Shown here: piece by piece, positions 1 to 9,855 of the stretch | Layout of the letters: each line of letters starts with the position of its first letter | Position numbering within the stretch: position 1 is the first letter of the stretch | From: Candidatus Microbacterium pullistercoris | Lineage (GTDB): Bacteria; Actinomycetota; Actinomycetes; Actinomycetales; Microbacteriaceae | Direction of reading: 5' to 3' | Assembly (NCBI GenBank): GCA_019119065.1 | Contig: DWXU01000041.1 | Span: 660-64,659, forward strand | Length of the DNA: 64,000 bases | The notes under the pieces: model-generated | What the model saw: only the letters and a program-made list of their open reading frames with translations | The model's database searches: none | What the model was told of the DNA's origin: nothing | Translations under genes and position numbers: made by a program

Positions 1-465
1 CAGGACGACCTCGTTGACGAACTCCTCGGGCAGCACGCCGAGCGACAGGATCCACTCCTGCAGCTCGGCCCACCGCTCGATCGCACGCTCGCGCACGATG
101 CCCGACTGCTCCGCAACCTGCCAGACGACGAGCCAGATCAGGCACGTCAGGATCGCGACGGTCCCGACCAGCGCGATGACGATCGCGAGCGGACGCGGCA
201 CCCGGAGAGCGATCAACGACGCGACCGCGGGCCACAGCAGAGCACTGAAGAGGATGGCAACCAGCACCGGGACGATGATGATCTTGAACTGGACGATGAG
301 CCAGATGATCACTGCGACGGCTGCCGCGATGATGAGCAGCCGCCACCCGTACGCCGCGGCGATGCGGAGCGGGCGGGGCACAGACACAGGCGCGTCAGCG
401 GACCCGCCGGCCTCGTCTGCGGTCGCGCGATCGTGCGGCCCGCGCCGCCGGGTGTGTTCGCTCAT
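1..465 (-). CDS. AI-2E family transporter (PerM-like permease), N-terminal part only; gene runs off the left edge
   Basis: Not in the ORF track because it is open at the window edge. Hand translation from ATG (465-463): MSEHTRRRGPHDRATADEAGGSADAPVSVPRPLRIAAAYGWRLLIIAAAVAVIIWLIVQFKIIIVPVLVAILFSALLWPAVASLIALRVPRPLAIVIALVGTVAIL... This is a cytoplasmic tail followed by TM helices, as in AI-2E permeases. GC3 bias is strong. Confidence 0.5.
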   Translation of the reverse strand, partial: MSEHTRRRGPHDRATADEAGGSADAPVSVPRPLRIAAAYGWRLLIIAAAVAVIIWLIVQFKIIIVPVLVAILFSALLWPAVASLIALRVPRPLAIVIALVGTVAILTCLIWLVVWQVAEQSGIVRERAIERWAELQEWILSLGVLPEEFVNEVVL

Positions 466-513
466 CCGTCCGATTCTATTGCCGACAGAGGAGCGAGCAC
501 GCGCGCGACGGAC

Positions 514-1080
514 TCAGAACTGCACGCGCGGCGGCTGACGCACCGCTGCCGCGTCCTCGACCTCGAAGAACTCGCGCTCGGTGAAGCCGAGTCCCCCAGC
601 GAAGAGATTGTTCGGGAACTGCTTGATCTTGATGTTCAGCTCACGGACGCCGCCGTTGTAGAACCGGCGCGACGCCTGGATCTTGTCTTCGGTGTCGACG
701 AGCTCGTTCTGCAGCTGAAGGTAGTTCTGACTCGCCTGCAGCTGCGGATACGCCTCGGCGACCGCGAACAGACTCTTCAGCGCCTGCTGCATGTGGTTCT
801 CGGCGGCGCCGGCCTGCGCCGGGCCGCTCGCGTCGAGCGTCTCCGCTCGCGCGCGCGTCACGTTCTCGAAGACAGCACGCTCGTGAGCCGCGTATCCCTT
901 GACCGTCTCGATGAGGTTCGGGATGAGATCGGCGCGACGCTTGAGCTGCACGTCGATGCCGCTCCACGCCTCGTCCACTCGCGTGCCGAGCGAGACGAGC
1001 GAGTTGTACGTGGCCCAGAGGTAGATGCCCGCGATCACGACGACCGCGACGACGATCAGAACTGGTACGAGCCACTCCAT
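514..1080 (-). CDS. LemA family protein
   Basis: MEWLVPVLIVVAVVVIAGIYLWATYNSLV...RFYNGGVRELNIKIKQFPNNLFA shows an N-terminal TM helix and the typical LemA core. ATG at 1080 is preceded by GGAGGG. The upstream part of ORF 514..1173 was discarded. Confidence 0.85.
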   Translation of the reverse strand: MEWLVPVLIVVAVVVIAGIYLWATYNSLVSLGTRVDEAWSGIDVQLKRRADLIPNLIETVKGYAAHERAVFENVTRARAETLDASGPAQAGAAENHMQQALKSLFAVAEAYPQLQASQNYLQLQNELVDTEDKIQASRRFYNGGVRELNIKIKQFPNNLFAGGLGFTEREFFEVEDAAAVRQPPRVQF

Positions 1081-1136
1081 AGGTTTCCCCCTCCGTGGTG
1101 TCCTTCCATGGTACGCGCTGTGGGCCGAACGGAGCC

Positions 1137-2198
1137 TCAGTGTGATCCGGCTCGAGCGGAAGCGGCCACCCACGCCGCGAGCTTCGCCGTCGCACGACCG
1201 TCGTCGACGGCGGCCGCCGCTTCGTCCTTCGCCTCGATCAACCGCTCGATCATGTTCCGGTCGATCTGAGACGGATCCTTCGACAACCGGTACGCGACGA
1301 TGCCAGCGGCCGCGTTGAGCAGCACGATGTCACGCACGGCACCCTGCTCGCCCGCGAGCGTGCGCCGCAGCGTGTCCGCATTCTCGGCCGGCGAGCCGCC
1401 GAGCAGTTCGTCGATGGACGCCGTGTTCATTCCGAGGTCGCGGGGGTGGATGTCGAACTCGTGCATGTCGCCGTTCGAGACCTGCCAGATCCGGCTGTAC
1501 CCCGTCGTCGTCAGCTCGTCGAGGCCATCCTCGCCGCGGAACACGAGGGCCGTCGCACCACGCGTGCGAAAGACGCCGGTGATGATCGGGACCACGTCCG
1601 TGGACGCGACGCCGACGGCGTTCGCTTCGGCCCGCGCCGGGTTCACGAGCGGGCCGAGGAAATTGAACGCGGTGGGGACCCCGAGCTCGGCGCGGACGGG
1701 TGCCGCGTGCCGGAAACCGGGATGGAATGCCGCAGCCCAGGCGAACGTGATCCCGGCCTCCTCGAGCACGCTCGCCACACCGTCCGGACTCAGTCGGAGG
1801 TCGATGCCCAGCTCACTGAGCACATCGCTCGCGCCGGTGAGCGAGCTGACGGCGCGATTGCCGTGCTTGACGACGGGGATCCCCGTCGCCGCAACGATGA
1901 TGGAGGCCGTCGACGAGATGTTCACGGTCCCGTGGCGGTCACCACCGGTGCCGACGATGTCGAGCACGTCGGGGTCGACGTCGAGCGGGACGGCCGCGTC
2001 GAGGATCGCGTCACGGAAACCGATCACCTCCTCGACCGACTCCCCTTTCGCACGCAACGCCATGAGCAGGCCGCCGAGCTGCGCGCCGGTCGCCTCGCCC
2101 TGCATCACCTGGCGCATCGCCCATTCCGCCTGCGAGACAGTGAGATCCTCGCCCTTCACGACGGCGGTCAGAACGTCGGGCCAGGTGGTGTGCGTCAT
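1137..2198 (-). CDS. trpD: anthranilate phosphoribosyltransferase
   Basis: DIVGTGGDRHGTVNISS and KHGNRAVSSLTGASDVL motifs with full-length similarity. Start taken at MTHTTW (ATG 2198). Confidence 0.95.
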   Translation of the reverse strand: MTHTTWPDVLTAVVKGEDLTVSQAEWAMRQVMQGEATGAQLGGLLMALRAKGESVEEVIGFRDAILDAAVPLDVDPDVLDIVGTGGDRHGTVNISSTASIIVAATGIPVVKHGNRAVSSLTGASDVLSELGIDLRLSPDGVASVLEEAGITFAWAAAFHPGFRHAAPVRAELGVPTAFNFLGPLVNPARAEANAVGVASTDVVPIITGVFRTRGATALVFRGEDGLDELTTTGYSRIWQVSNGDMHEFDIHPRDLGMNTASIDELLGGSPAENADTLRRTLAGEQGAVRDIVLLNAAAGIVAYRLSKDPSQIDRNMIERLIEAKDEAAAAVDDGRATAKLAAWVAASARAGSH

Positions 2199-2425
2199 AC
2201 CCGCCAGAGTAGGGCACGGAATTTTCTCGACACGCTGTAGAAGTTCGTCTGCGGCGGAACCCGACACCCGTCGATTGCGCGTTCTCGCGTGCTGACCTGC
2301 GGTTTCCCACCCCACCCCCGGGTGATTCACGGCGAGGTCATAGCGGGCACCCCAGCCGTTCCTGTTCACGAGTGCGAAAATCACACGCGTTTATCGGCCA
2401 TAATGGTGGGGTGACGAACCCAGCT

Positions 2426-3040
2426 ATGCATGCCTCCGCGCCCAGAACGGTGAAGCGCCCCGATACCCTTGCCGTCGGCACGATCGTCTGGCTCGGGTCC
2501 GAAGTCATGTTCTTCGCCGGCCTCTTCGCCATTTACTTCACGCTTCGCAGCACCTCCCCGGGGCTCTGGGAAGAGCAGACGCAGCTGTTGAACGTGCCGT
2601 TCGCGTTCATCAACACGGCGATCCTCGTGGCCTCGTCCTTCACCTGCCAGTTCGGCGTCTGGGCCGCAGAGCGCCTCCAGCCGCACAACGTCAAGGGCCA
2701 GGGGTGGAAGTCGTGGGGCATGATCACGTGGCTCTGGATCACGTTCGCCCTCGGGGCCATCTTCGTCTCCGGCCAGGTGTGGGAGTACGCACAGCTCGTC
2801 GCCGAGGGAATCACGCTCTCGAGCGACCCCTACGGCGCGGCGTTCTACATCACCACCGGGTTCCACGCCCTCCACGTCACGGGTGGCCTGATCGCGTTCC
2901 TCCTCGCACTGGGTCGTGCGTTCGCCGTCAAGCGCTTCACGCACAAGGAGGCGACGACCGCGGTCGTGGTGTCGTACTACTGGCACTTCGTCGACGTGGT
3001 CTGGATCGCCCTGTTCATCGTCATTTACTTCCTGCAGTAA
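2426..3040 (+). CDS. ctaE: cytochrome c oxidase subunit III
   Basis: [23 protein letters not shown]...[15 protein letters not shown]...[13 protein letters not shown] 2426 has a GGTGGGG motif about 11 nt upstream. GTG 2411 is an alternative start. Confidence 0.9.
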   Translation: MHASAPRTVKRPDTLAVGTIVWLGSEVMFFAGLFAIYFTLRSTSPGLWEEQTQLLNVPFAFINTAILVASSFTCQFGVWAAERLQPHNVKGQGWKSWGMITWLWITFALGAIFVSGQVWEYAQLVAEGITLSSDPYGAAFYITTGFHALHVTGGLIAFLLALGRAFAVKRFTHKEATTAVVVSYYWHFVDVVWIALFIVIYFLQ

Positions 3041-3061
3041 GAGCGGAGCAACATCACCGTC

Positions 3062-3865
3062 ATGGCACTCTCGAAGTTCAAGCGCCGCTCACGCGGCCGC
3101 CGCAGCCCCTTGGCCGCCGCCGTCCTCATCGGCGTCGGCCTCCTCATGACCGGCGGACTGTACGCCGGGGCGTCGGCCGCTGTCGCCGCAACCGACGACA
3201 CCCCCGCGGCACAGGCCAGCGTCGAAGAGGGTGAGAAGCTCTTCCAGGCGAACTGCGCCACATGCCACGGCATGGACCTGCAGGGTCGCGAGGGCGTGGG
3301 TCCCTCGCTCCACGGCGTCGGCGCACTCGCCGTCGAGTTCCAGGTATCGACGGGCCGCATGCCCATGCAGATGCACGGGCCGCAGGCCGACCAGAAGCCG
3401 GTGCAGTTCACGGAGACGCAGACCCGCTCGATGGCGGAGTACGTCCAGTCGATCGCTCCGGGCCCTGACTACCCCGACGAGGAGATCCTCAGCGGCGAAG
3501 GCGATGTCGCGCACGGCGGAGAGCTGTTCCGTATCAACTGCGCCATGTGCCACAACGTCGCGGCCGCCGGTGGTGCTCTCACGGAGGGCAAGTTCGCGCC
3601 GGACATCATGGACACCTCGGCGCTCAACATCTACGCGGCGATGGTGACGGGCCCGCAGAACATGCCCGTGTTCAGCAACATGAACCTGTCCGAGCAGGAC
3701 AAGCAGGACATCATCGCGAACCTGCTCTACCAGCAGGAGATGACCCCGGTGGGTGGATTCACGCTGGGCTCGCTCGGTCCTGTCTCTGAGGGCCTCTTCA
3801 TCTGGATCTTTGGCATCGGCGGTCTCATCGGCATCGCCGTCTGGATCACGGCGAAGTCGAACTGA
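3062..3865 (+). CDS. qcrC: cytochrome bc1 complex dihaem cytochrome c subunit
   Basis: Two CxxCH haem-binding motifs (CATCHG, CAMCHN), an N-terminal signal/TM segment and a C-terminal TM anchor. Sits in the ctaE-qcrCAB order. Confidence 0.9.
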   Translation: MALSKFKRRSRGRRSPLAAAVLIGVGLLMTGGLYAGASAAVAATDDTPAAQASVEEGEKLFQANCATCHGMDLQGREGVGPSLHGVGALAVEFQVSTGRMPMQMHGPQADQKPVQFTETQTRSMAEYVQSIAPGPDYPDEEILSGEGDVAHGGELFRINCAMCHNVAAAGGALTEGKFAPDIMDTSALNIYAAMVTGPQNMPVFSNMNLSEQDKQDIIANLLYQQEMTPVGGFTLGSLGPVSEGLFIWIFGIGGLIGIAVWITAKSN

Positions 3866-3900
3866 GCATGTCTGACGAAGTGGACGTGACAAGGAGCACG

Positions 3901-4959
3901 ATGTCAAACGACGATTCGAAGGGTGTCGAGAAGGTCCAGGGACCTTCTTCGGGCCTCGCCGTCTCGATCGACGATCCCATCGAGAACCCCGGGCTTCCGC
4001 CGCACCGCGAGCGGCTGACGGACAAGGATCCGAAGGTTGCCAAGCGCGCCGAGCGCACGGTTTACACACTGTTCTACATCTCGGTGGCCGCCAGCATCTG
4101 GGCCGTAGCAGCGTACATGCTGTTCCCGATCGAGGACATGGAATACACCTCGATCCGAGCGAACAACCTGTACATCGGTCTCGGGATCGCGTTCGCGCTC
4201 CTCGCTATCGGTATCGGCGCGATCCATTGGTCCAAGGCGATCATGAGCGACAAGGAGTACGTCGAGGAGCGCCACCCGACACGTGGCTCCGATGAGACGC
4301 GCGCCGCTGTCGTCGAGGCTTTCAAGACCGCCGACGAGGAGTCGGGCTTCGGTCGCCGCAAGATGATCCGCAATTCGCTGTTCGCGGCCCTCATCGCCTC
4401 GATCCTCCCCGGCGTCACGCTCTTCCGCGGTCTCGCGCCGCACGATGCGGAGAACAGCCCCGTCGACCTGCTCAAGCAGACGATGTGGACGGCCGGCGAG
4501 CACCTCGCGCGCGACCCTGCCGGCACGCGCATCAAGGCGAGCGATGTCACGCTCGGCAGTGCTTTCCACGTGATCCCCGAGTCGCTCGCCGGTCTGTCGC
4601 ACAGCAACGGCTACCTCGAGGAGAAGGCGAAGGCCATGGTGCTCATGGTGCGCATGCGCCCCGAGCAGCTGACCGAGCGCGAAGAGCGCAAGGACTGGTC
4701 GTACGACGGCATCGTCGCGTACTCGAAGGTGTGCACGCACGTCGGCTGCCCCGTCGCGCTGTACGAGCAGCACACGCACCACTTGCTGTGCCCGTGCCAC
4801 CAGTCGCAGTTCGACGTGTCTGACGAGGCGAAGGTCGTCTTCGGCCCCGCGTCACGCCCCCTGCCGCAGCTTCCCATCACCGTTGACGATGAGGGATACC
4901 TCGTCGCCCGCAGCGACTTCAGGGAGCCTGTCGGACCGAGCTTCTGGGAGATGCATTGA
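3901..4959 (+). CDS. qcrA: cytochrome bc1 complex Rieske iron-sulfur subunit
   Basis: Rieske boxes CTHVGCP and CPCHQSQF. ATG 3901 is preceded by AAGGAG (3891-3896). ATG 3868 is the alternative start. Confidence 0.9.
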   Translation: MSNDDSKGVEKVQGPSSGLAVSIDDPIENPGLPPHRERLTDKDPKVAKRAERTVYTLFYISVAASIWAVAAYMLFPIEDMEYTSIRANNLYIGLGIAFALLAIGIGAIHWSKAIMSDKEYVEERHPTRGSDETRAAVVEAFKTADEESGFGRRKMIRNSLFAALIASILPGVTLFRGLAPHDAENSPVDLLKQTMWTAGEHLARDPAGTRIKASDVTLGSAFHVIPESLAGLSHSNGYLEEKAKAMVLMVRMRPEQLTEREERKDWSYDGIVAYSKVCTHVGCPVALYEQHTHHLLCPCHQSQFDVSDEAKVVFGPASRPLPQLPITVDDEGYLVARSDFREPVGPSFWEMH

Positions 4960-6632
4960 GCACCGCCACCGAAACCGAAGAGAAGAAGGCCCCTCTCGGC
5001 GGCCGGTTCGTCGGCGCGACCGCGAACTACCTCGATGAGCGCACGAGCATGTCGGGCTTCATCAAGGCCCTCGGACGCAAGGTCTTCCCCGACCACTGGT
5101 CGTTCATGCTCGGCGAGATCGCGCTGTGGTCTTTCGTCGTCGTCCTGATCTCGGGAACGTTCCTGACGTTCTTCTTCCAGGCGTCAATGGTCGAGACGTA
5201 CTACACGGGCGCCCACGAACCGATGCGCGGCATTCCGATGTCCGCCGCGATGGAGTCGACGCTGAACATCAGCTTCGACATCCGCGGCGGCCTCCTGGTG
5301 CGCCAGCTGCACCACTGGTCGGCCCTGACGTTCGTCGCCGGCATCGGCGTGCACATGCTCCGTGTGTTCTTCACGGGCGCGTTCCGCAAGCCGCGCGAGC
5401 TGAACTGGGTTGTCGGCTTCGTGCTCTTCGTCCTGGCGATGGCCGAGGGCTTCACCGGCTACTCGCTCCCGGACGATGTCCTGTCGGGCAACGGCCTCCG
5501 CATCATCGACGGCATGGTCAAGGCGATCCCGCTCATCGGTCCGTGGACCTCGTACCTGCTCTTCGGTGGCGAGTTCCCGGGCACTGACATCGTCGGCCGC
5601 CTCTACACGCTGCACATCCTGATCCTGCCGCTCATCGTGATCGCGATGATCGCCGTGCACCTCGTGCTGATGATCGTGAACAAGCACACGCAGTTCGCCG
5701 GCCCGGGCCGCACGAACAACAACGTCGTGGGCTTCCCGATGATGCCCGTGTACATGTCGAAGATGGGTGGCTTCTTCTTCATCGTGTTCGGTGCGCTCGT
5801 GCTCATCGCGGCGACGGTGCAGATCAACCCGATCTGGGGCTACGGGCCATACGACCCCTCCCCGGTGTCGGCCGGAACGCAGCCGGACTGGTACATCGGA
5901 TTCGCCGACGGCGCGTTGCGCCTCGCGCCGCCGCATCTCGACATCGAGATCTTCGGCATGGTCTATCCGATGGGTGTGCTGATCCCGCTCGTCGTGCTGG
6001 TGCTGTTCATCCTGATCGTCGCGATCTACCCCTTCATCGAGGCGTGGGTCACGGGCGATAAGCGTGAGCACCACATCGCGCAGCGTCCGCGTAACGCGGC
6101 GACGCGCACCTCGATCGGCGCTGCTGGCGTCTGGTTCTACGCTGTCCTGTGGGCGGCGGCCTCGTCCGACCTCATCGCGACGCACTTCCGCCTCACGATG
6201 GAGGGTGTGATCCACGCGCTCCAGGCGCTGCTCACGATCGGCACCGTCTTCGTCTACTTCGTCACCAAGCGCATCTGCATCGCGCTTCAGAAGAAGGACC
6301 GCGAAATCGCGCTGCACGGTTACGAGTCCGGCCGGATCGTGCGCCTGCCCGGCGGTGAGTACCAGGAAGTGCACAAGCCCGTCGACGAGTACGAGCGCTG
6401 GAAGCTCGTGGCCGAAGAGACGTACGAGCCGCTCATCCCCCGTCCGAACGACCAGGGACGGATCAAGGGACGCTTCCGTGCCGCGATGTCGCGCTGGTTC
6501 TTCGAGGACCGTCTGCAGCCGCTCACGAACACGGAGTACCAGGCCGCGCTCGAGCACCAGAAGCACGCCCTGCACGAATACGGCGAGCCTGGCGGCCACG
6601 ACGAGATCGAGTCGGGAGACGCGAAGCACTAA
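4956..6632 (+). CDS. qcrB: cytochrome bc1 complex cytochrome b subunit
   Basis: RKVFPDHWSFMLGEIALWSF...QLHHWSALTFV...LHILILP; polytopic membrane protein. The TTG start overlaps the qcrA stop (TTGA). Confidence 0.9.
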   Translation: MSTATETEEKKAPLGGRFVGATANYLDERTSMSGFIKALGRKVFPDHWSFMLGEIALWSFVVVLISGTFLTFFFQASMVETYYTGAHEPMRGIPMSAAMESTLNISFDIRGGLLVRQLHHWSALTFVAGIGVHMLRVFFTGAFRKPRELNWVVGFVLFVLAMAEGFTGYSLPDDVLSGNGLRIIDGMVKAIPLIGPWTSYLLFGGEFPGTDIVGRLYTLHILILPLIVIAMIAVHLVLMIVNKHTQFAGPGRTNNNVVGFPMMPVYMSKMGGFFFIVFGALVLIAATVQINPIWGYGPYDPSPVSAGTQPDWYIGFADGALRLAPPHLDIEIFGMVYPMGVLIPLVVLVLFILIVAIYPFIEAWVTGDKREHHIAQRPRNAATRTSIGAAGVWFYAVLWAAASSDLIATHFRLTMEGVIHALQALLTIGTVFVYFVTKRICIALQKKDREIALHGYESGRIVRLPGGEYQEVHKPVDEYERWKLVAEETYEPLIPRPNDQGRIKGRFRAAMSRWFFEDRLQPLTNTEYQAALEHQKHALHEYGEPGGHDEIESGDAKH

Positions 6633-6652
6633 GCCTCGCACCCACTCCCCCT

Positions 6653-6687
6653 CTGAGGCCCCGATCCATCCCGGATCGGGGCCTCAG
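6653..6687 (+). terminator. stem-loop downstream of qcrB
   Basis: CTGAGGCCCCGATCC-atccc-GGATCGGGGCCTCAG is a perfect 15-bp stem 21 nt after the qcrB stop. There is no U-tract, which is common in high-GC actinobacteria. Confidence 0.6.
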
Positions 6688-6718
6688 CCGTCGGCGCCCC
6701 GGGCCCGCCCGTAACGCT

Positions 6719-6838
6719 TCGCAAGTGCGCTCCCGCCTGGCGCATGGGCATGGCCCCGCGAGTGCGTTCGCGCCCTGGTCAATAGCCCGCGAGTGTGTTC
6801 CGGCCCTGGCGAGGGCCGCGAGTGCGTTCCGGCCCGCT
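6719..6838. repeat. four direct copies (one degenerate) of a ~23-nt unit CCGCGAGTG(C/T)GTTC(C/G)(G/C)GCCC
   Basis: Copies at 6756-6778, 6787-6809 and 6816-6838, with a degenerate copy at 6719-6740. Period is about 29-36 nt. Confidence 0.6.
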
Positions 6839-7330
6839 GACGCACCGGAAAGGGCGTCGACGCACTCGTAGAGACATGTTCACCGTGCGATCGGGCCCCG
6901 CGGGCCTACCGGGTAACGACACGCGCGGCGAGATGCTCATCGAGCTCACCGTCGTGACACGCTTCATCCGCCTGGTGCCCGAGTCATCCCCCACCGCGAG
7001 TCGCGGGAAAGCGCCCAGCGCTCCGCATCGCGAGGACCGCGACGCAGTGCGCGCGTAGTGCCCCTCCGCACACGGAACGCCAACAGGCCTCGTATCGACA
7101 GCGTGACGCCCCTCTGCGCACGGAAAGACCCCCACACACGAAGCCGCAGCGGATCACGTAGCGACTGCGTAACGCCTTGCGCGCCCGGGTCGCCTTTCGG
7201 CGGCGCTTGCAAACTGGACAGTATCGACGCCGAAAGCGTTCAAAGTACGAGCGCCGCCGAAAGTGCCATCCCGCGTCGCCCGGGCCCTCCCAGTGCCCCG
7301 GCGCGTGTCGCTGTCCCCGGCGCTTGCCAC

Positions 7331-7405
7331 GCCCTGGAAGCACGTCCCGGCCCTGGAAGCACGTCTCGGCCCCGAAGCACGTCCCGGACCCGGAAGCAGG
7401 TCCCT
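7331..7405. repeat. tandem array, 4 x ~19 nt (GCCCTGGAAGCACGTCCCG)
   Basis: Units at 7331-7349, 7350-7368, 7369-7386 and 7387-7405, progressively diverged. Confidence 0.65.
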
Positions 7406-7493
7406 CGTCCCGACCTCCCGCCACGCGCGAATCGGGAGCGGAGCTATCGTAAACGTGCACTGCCCCGCTCGAAGTATGCGAACGAGCAGCGGA

Positions 7494-7586
7494 GCGAGGG
7501 TCGGGTGCGGAGGCGCTGGCAACGGGCCTGGCGGGAGGCGGCGCGCAGCGTCGCCTCGGGACTGCGCCTCCGCACCCGGCCCTCGC
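7494..7586. repeat. long inverted repeat (23-nt arms, 47-nt loop)
   Basis: GCGAGGGTCGGGTGCGGAGGCGC (7494-7516) pairs with GCGCCTCCGCACCCGGCCCTCGC (7564-7586) with one mismatch. Confidence 0.6.
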
Positions 7587-7665
7587 GAAGCGGCCAGACA
7601 ACGCGCCCAGGGCGCACAGGGGCCGCCTCACGAGGCGCACAAGGCCGCACAGCGCACACGACAAA

Positions 7666-7690
7666 GCCCCGGAGCCTGAAGCTCCGGGGC
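7666..7690 (-). terminator. stem-loop downstream of ctaF
   Basis: GCCCCGGAGC-ctgaa-GCTCCGGGGC lies 18 nt after the ctaF stop and is followed on the minus strand by TTTGT. Confidence 0.6.
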
Positions 7691-7707
7691 TGATGTCGAG
7701 GTTCGCC

Positions 7708-8133
7708 TTACCGCGCGAAGTGCCCGCGGTAGTACTCGAAGGCCCACCCGACGAGCGAGATCGCGAGAAGGAAGACCGCGAGCGGGAGGAGGAAGTGCGC
7801 GGTTGCGAGTCCGAGGACGAACACGGCGGGCGCGGCGGCAAGCACGAGCGGCCACCACGACCACGGCGCGAATTCGCCCATCTCAGGGTCCCCATCGTCG
7901 ACGTCGACGTCCTCGCGATCCTCCGGCAGTTCGATCCCCTTCTGCGCCTTGTACGAGACGGAGATGAAGAATCCGATCATGGCGGACATCAGGGACATGA
8001 ACAGCAGCGCGATGGTGCCGGTCCATTCCACAGAGCCGTGGAAGGGGTCCAGGAGGCTCCACGCGGTGTACGCGGCGAACAGGACGAAGAAGAAGGCCGC
8101 CAGCATCCACCAGATGACGATGTTGGTTCTCAT
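7708..8133 (-). CDS. ctaF: cytochrome c oxidase subunit 4
   Basis: 141 aa with four hydrophobic helices and a conserved C-terminal WAFEYYRGHFA. The ATG immediately follows the ctaD stop. Confidence 0.85.
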   Translation of the reverse strand: MRTNIVIWWMLAAFFFVLFAAYTAWSLLDPFHGSVEWTGTIALLFMSLMSAMIGFFISVSYKAQKGIELPEDREDVDVDDGDPEMGEFAPWSWWPLVLAAAPAVFVLGLATAHFLLPLAVFLLAISLVGWAFEYYRGHFAR

Positions 8134-9855
8134 CTACTTGACCCCTCCATCGAGCACGGGCTCGGGTACGCGATTGGCGTCGTAATCGTCCATCGCCTCC
8201 GGGTGGTTCAGGTCGAACGCCGGGCGCTCCGAACGGATTCGCGGAATCGACGTGAAGTTGTGGCGCGGAGGCGGGCAGCTTGTTGCCCACTCGAGCGAGC
8301 CACCGTAACCCCACGGGTCGTTGACCGTGACCTTCTTGCCCTTGCGCGCGGTAATCCACACGTTGAGGAAGAACGGAATCATCGAAGCGCCGAGAAGCAT
8401 CGCGCCCACGGTGGACAGCTCATTCTCCCAGGCCCAGCCGTCCTGCGGCATCCAGTCAGCGTAGCGACGCGGCATGCCGTCGACACCGAGCCAGTGCTGG
8501 ACGAGGAACGTCATGTGGAAGCCGATGAACAGCATCCAGAAGTGCACGTAGCCGAGACGCTCGTTGAGCATCTTGCCCGTCCACTTCGGCCACCAGAAGT
8601 AGAAGCCGGCGAACATCGCGAACACAACGGTTCCGAACACCACATAGTGGAAGTGGGCGACGACGAAGTACGTGTCACTGATGTGGAAGTCGAGCGGCGG
8701 TGCCGACAGGATCACGCCGGTAAGACCACCGAACACGAACGACACGAGGAAGCCGAGCGAGAACACCATCGGCGTCTCGAACGTGAGCGATCCGCGCCAC
8801 ATGGTGCCGATCCAGTTGAAGATCTTCACGCCCGTGGGCACGGCGATCAGCATTGTCATGAGGGCGAAGAATGGCAACAGCACCGCGCCGGTGACGTACA
8901 TGTGGTGCGCCCAGACGGAGACGGACAGGGCCGCGATCGCGATCGTCGCGTACACGAGCGTCTTGTACCCGAAGATCGGTTTGCGACTGAAGGCCGGGAA
9001 GATCTCGGAGACGATGCCGAAGAACGGCAGCGCGATGATGTACACCTCGGGGTGGCCGAAGAACCAGAACAGGTGCTGCCAGAGCAGAACACCGCCGTTC
9101 GCGGGGTCGTACACATGCGAGCCGAAGATGCGGTCGCTCGCGGCGGCGAGCATCGCAGCGGCCAGCACGGGGAACGCGATCAGGATCAGCAGGCTCGTGA
9201 TGAGCGTGTTCCACGAGAAGATCGGCATCCGCCACATGGTCAGGCCAGGGGCCCGCATCGTGATGATCGTGGTGATGAAGTTCACCGCGCCGAAGATCGT
9301 TCCGAAACCGCTGATTCCGAGGCCGACCATCCAGAGGTTTCCGCCGACGCCCGGCGAGAACGACGCATTCGCGAGCGGCTGATACGCGAACCAGCCGAAC
9401 GACGCGGCGCCCTGCGGCGTGAGGAAGCCGGCGATCGCGATGAGCGAACCGAAGGTGAACAGCCACAGGGCGAACGCGTTCAACCGCGGGAACGCCACGT
9501 CGGGCGCGCCGAGCTGAAGCGGGAGGATCGCGTTGGCGAATCCGGCGAAGAGCGGCGTCGCGAACATCAGCAGCATCACGGTGCCGTGCATCGTGAACAG
9601 CTGGTTGTACTGCTCCTTCGTCGGGATGATCTGCATGCCGGGAGCGAAGAGCTCGGCGCGGATGATGAGCGCCATCACACCGCCCAGCAGGAAGAAGATC
9701 ACCGAGAAGATCAGGTACATGTACCCGATCGTCTTGTGGTCAGTGGACGTCATCCACTTGACGACGAGGTTACCCTTCTCGCCCGTCCTCGAACCGCTCA
9801 TCAGAGCGGCCTGACGGGGAGGAAGCGTGGTGGGGGTGCCCGCAGCCATCGTCAC
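8134..9855 (-). CDS. ctaD: cytochrome c oxidase subunit I
   Basis: [25 protein letters not shown] and HFHYV motifs; 12-TM haem-copper oxidase. Confidence 0.95.
   Translation of the reverse strand: MTMAAGTPTTLPPRQAALMSGSRTGEKGNLVVKWMTSTDHKTIGYMYLIFSVIFFLLGGVMALIIRAELFAPGMQIIPTKEQYNQLFTMHGTVMLLMFATPLFAGFANAILPLQLGAPDVAFPRLNAFALWLFTFGSLIAIAGFLTPQGAASFGWFAYQPLANASFSPGVGGNLWMVGLGISGFGTIFGAVNFITTIITMRAPGLTMWRMPIFSWNTLITSLLILIAFPVLAAAMLAAASDRIFGSHVYDPANGGVLLWQHLFWFFGHPEVYIIALPFFGIVSEIFPAFSRKPIFGYKTLVYATIAIAALSVSVWAHHMYVTGAVLLPFFALMTMLIAVPTGVKIFNWIGTMWRGSLTFETPMVFSLGFLVSFVFGGLTGVILSAPPLDFHISDTYFVVAHFHYVVFGTVVFAMFAGFYFWWPKWTGKMLNERLGYVHFWMLFIGFHMTFLVQHWLGVDGMPRRYADWMPQDGWAWENELSTVGAMLLGASMIPFFLNVWITARKGKKVTVNDPWGYGGSLEWATSCPPPRHNFTSIPRIRSERPAFDLNHPEAMDDYDANRVPEPVLDGGVK

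Noticed and set aside
6634-6687. C-rich loops after qcrB considered as a 6C-type small RNA
   Set aside because: The two candidate stems share the same GAGGC nucleotides, so they cannot coexist. The element starts 2 nt after the qcrB stop. A simple terminator hairpin explains it.
6719-7405. The periodic short repeats considered as a CRISPR array
   Set aside because: The repeat units are degenerate, the intervening segments are only about 6-13 nt (or absent in the 19-nt array), and no cas genes are present in the window.
6984-7895. ORFs inside the 1-kb qcrB-ctaF spacer (6984..7895 minus, 7058..7693 plus, 7263..7679 plus, and others)
   Set aside because: The translations are Arg/Pro/Ser/Gly strings (for example RRGRGGRSCLPPRPPCSSSDSQPRTSSSRSRSS). 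The frames run across short DNA repeats whose periods are not multiples of three. No start context or domain is visible.
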